IMG/VR virus record: IMGVR_UViG_3300048598_000574 | Location: 1 to 36,668 of that record | Strand: one strand, 5' to 3' | DNA from: a virus | Taxonomy: Duplodnaviria; Caudoviricetes | Length of the DNA: 36,668 nt | Part shown: piece after piece, positions 34,769-36,668 of the stretch | Layout of the letters: each line of letters begins with the position of its first letter | Position numbering within the stretch: position 1 is the stretch's first letter | Program-made: the position numbers and the translations under genes | The notes under the pieces: model-generated | Seen by the model: only the letters and a program-made list of their open reading frames with translations | The model's database searches: none | Told to the model about the DNA's origin: nothing

Positions 34769-36183
34769 ACCCGTTCAACCCCTTTCGGGCTGTAGGCGTC
34801 GATGGCAAGGAAGATTGCGAACTTCCCGCCGTGGGCATTGGCCAGCCTTTGCGCCTCCGCAATGGCGTCATTAAAGTTGGTGTGGACGAATGGCTTGGAC
34901 GATGGCCGATACGGCTTGCTGGCAGGCAATTCGCCGTTGTCCTCAGCGATTATGTAACGGTCATTACTGACCGGCGCAGTCACCTTCTTGCGTCGAAATG
35001 CAAGAATCGGAATCGTTCCCGGTTGGTTGTAGATACCTAGCGCGTCCCGAACGGTCTTGCATCCCGCGTTTTTGTGCCAATGGCTTACGGTCCACTCGGA
35101 GAATTCACCAAACACATCCTGACCCTCCTCCAGCTTGGCATTCTCGGGCACAAGCTCGTATCCTTCGCCAACATCGACCTTGCGGCGGACTGCGCTACTG
35201 CTATTCAATGTGGCCAAATTCCAGCTATCGACCGAGTGCCAACCGTTGCAGCGGTCGCATTTATACTCATCTCCAACTCGAACATCGGGCCGGGAAACGG
35301 TGTGATAACCGTATCCAACATTGAACAGTGGAACCCGCTCGACTTTGACGGCCTTCTTGCGGCGGAAAACAAGCGGCTTACCGTAGTTCTCGATGACATC
35401 AGCGAGAGTGTTGAGTCCCAGGTTGTGAGTCCACTTAACCGGAAGCCAGTCGGGCGCAAGGATTGCATCGGACGCCTCCAGCCCATCCGTTGGTGGTTCG
35501 GTGTCGGGAACGATTTCGTAGCCTTCTCCGGGGGCAATAGCTATGCGGTAAGGAGAGGAAACCTGGACGGTCTCGCCGGCAGCCATTGATTTACGCCACA
35601 CGCCGGCGGAAAAAACCTGATCTCCGTCTTCGATTTTAGCGCCCACCGGCACCTGAGCGTATCCGTAACCGACCAGCGCCAGCACGTTCCGTCGGCGAAA
35701 CCCAATAACGTGTGGAAATTCCTTACGAAACTCCTGGACGGTTCGGAATTGGTTCGCTTTACCAAACGGCGTCCATACAAGACCGTCCGTGGTTGACGAT
35801 ATTTTTTCGCTTTCTTTGGTAGGGCTCTCGTTGATGCCCAGCATCGTGTATCCATCGCCCGGGCTGATCTTGGTGCGGTAGAAAGTGCCACTGTTCTGTT
35901 TGATGTAATAGTTGGCGTGCCACAGGCTGCAAGTGGCGCACCAAAACTCATCTCCGGCAATGAGTTTTTCGCCATCCTTAACCATACGCCAGCCGTATTC
36001 TGTGGTCGGCGGAGGAAGCTTGCGGCGAAACACCAAAACACCAAACGGATCGACTTCCGCAACCCGCCTTCCGACGAGTTTGGCTTGGCTCCAACGTCCG
36101 GACGCACTTCCAACTTCGTCGGCGAATTCGTCGCCAGTTTGGATTATGTGATTTGGTGTGAGTTTAATGTATCCTTTTTCCAT
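34765..36183 (-). CDS. Protein with 7 tandem degenerate repeats of about 45-70 aa plus a C-terminal domain
   Basis: Repeated G(Y/W)..(L/V)...GD....W...(F/Y)RR; C-terminal H..FNDAIAEAQRLA..HGGKF. Confidence 0.8.
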   Translation of the reverse strand: MEKGYIKLTPNHIIQTGDEFADEVGSASGRWSQAKLVGRRVAEVDPFGVLVFRRKLPPPTTEYGWRMVKDGEKLIAGDEFWCATCSLWHANYYIKQNSGTFYRTKISPGDGYTMLGINESPTKESEKISSTTDGLVWTPFGKANQFRTVQEFRKEFPHVIGFRRRNVLALVGYGYAQVPVGAKIEDGDQVFSAGVWRKSMAAGETVQVSSPYRIAIAPGEGYEIVPDTEPPTDGLEASDAILAPDWLPVKWTHNLGLNTLADVIENYGKPLVFRRKKAVKVERVPLFNVGYGYHTVSRPDVRVGDEYKCDRCNGWHSVDSWNLATLNSSSAVRRKVDVGEGYELVPENAKLEEGQDVFGEFSEWTVSHWHKNAGCKTVRDALGIYNQPGTIPILAFRRKKVTAPVSNDRYIIAEDNGELPASKPYRPSSKPFVHTNFNDAIAEAQRLANAHGGKFAIFLAIDAYSPKGVERV

Positions 36184-36224
36184 TTTGCTTTGCTTTCCTT
36201 ATTGCGTTGTTTGTTGGTTGAGAG

Positions 36225-36668
36225 TTAAGAAACCTTCTTGAGCTTCCCGTTAACCAAAGAGTAGAACGTGTCAGCTTTGACCTTCTTGCCGTCCACCTTG
36301 AAGCTGCGGACGGATACGCGATGCCAATCGCCGTTTTGGAACTTCCATTCTGCCAGGACAATCCAGCATCCCTTTGCGCCCTTGGCTTTTCCTTCGATGC
36401 CGATTGACATGGCCACACCTTCAACGCCCGTGTTGGTGGCCGCGCTGTGGTTGCCCGTGTTGGTGGCCGCGCTGTAGTTGCCCGTGTTGGTGGCCGCGCT
36501 GTAGTTGCCCGTGTTGGTGGCCGCGCTCTTCTCGCCCGTGTTGGTGGCCGCGCTCTTCTCGCCCGTGTTGGTGGCCGCGCTCTTCTCGCCCGTGTTGGTG
36601 GCCGCGCTCTGGTAGCCCGTGTTGGTGGCCGCGCTCTTCTCGCCCGTGTTGGTGGCCGCGCTCTGGTT
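36225..36668 (-). CDS. SAATNTG-repeat phage protein (DUF7666-like), 5' truncated
   Basis: Open frame from the window edge: (SAATNTGxx)n, then GKAKGAKGCWIVLAEW...VDGKKVKADTFY. Confidence 0.8.
   Translation of the reverse strand, partial: NQSAATNTGEKSAATNTGYQSAATNTGEKSAATNTGEKSAATNTGEKSAATNTGNYSAATNTGNYSAATNTGNHSAATNTGVEGVAMSIGIEGKAKGAKGCWIVLAEWKFQNGDWHRVSVRSFKVDGKKVKADTFYSLVNGKLKKVS
36426..36668. repeat. 27-bp tandem repeat, at least 9 copies
   Basis: Invariant GCCCGTGTTGGTGGCCGCGCT plus 6 variable nt; runs off the window end. Confidence 0.97.

Larger units (their letters stand above)
1..36668. mobile_element. Temperate tailed phage/prophage (partial), siphovirus-like
   Basis: Integrase, terminase, portal, protease, capsid, tail tube, tape measure and replication genes in conventional order; no host housekeeping genes; boundaries not visible. 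Confidence 0.95.

Noticed and set aside
36426-36668. CRISPR-like array
   Set aside because: Spacers are only 6 nt and recur, the unit is an in-frame 9-codon repeat, and no cas genes are present
1-36668. Alternative genetic code, tRNA genes or introns/inteins
   Set aside because: Core genes are full-length in the standard code with tight packing; no cloverleaf or intein motifs noticed by eye (tRNAscan/Infernal not run)

Overview
This window is most of a temperate, tailed dsDNA (siphovirus-like) phage or prophage. The only + strand gene is a tyrosine integrase (1-1185). Everything else is a dense minus-strand run. From right to left it contains: (1) early/recombination genes (27-bp repeat protein, 7x-repeat protein, RecE-like exonuclease, VRR-NUC, SSB-like, ASCH-like, helicase, N4/N6 methylase); (2) replication genes (DUF1376 initiator with internal iterons, DnaC-like loader); (3) an HTH protein and a candidate cos-like intergenic region; (4) an approximately 7.6 kb nucleotide/DNA-modification block (C5 methylase, DUF550, HD hydrolase, ParB, Trm1-like methyltransferase, then a self-promoted cassette with DUF932, a ligase adenylation domain without OB fold, an SPL-like radical SAM protein and an XRE HTH); (5) lambda-type terminase, portal and S49 protease with an SPP1-type capsid protein; (6) a holin/lipoprotein/spanin block with no recognisable endolysin; (7) tail genes, a short tape measure protein, unrecognised tail-tip genes, a metallophosphoesterase and a DUF6378-like gene. 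The most unusual features are two tail-fibre-like proteins that carry N-terminal export signals, and the ParB/methyltransferase/adenylase/radical-SAM block. Protein style and AC-rich leaders lacking Shine-Dalgarno motifs suggest a Verrucomicrobiota host (inference). No repressor, att site or endolysin is visible, and the element continues beyond the window. All family assignments are from motif recognition by eye, not database searches.
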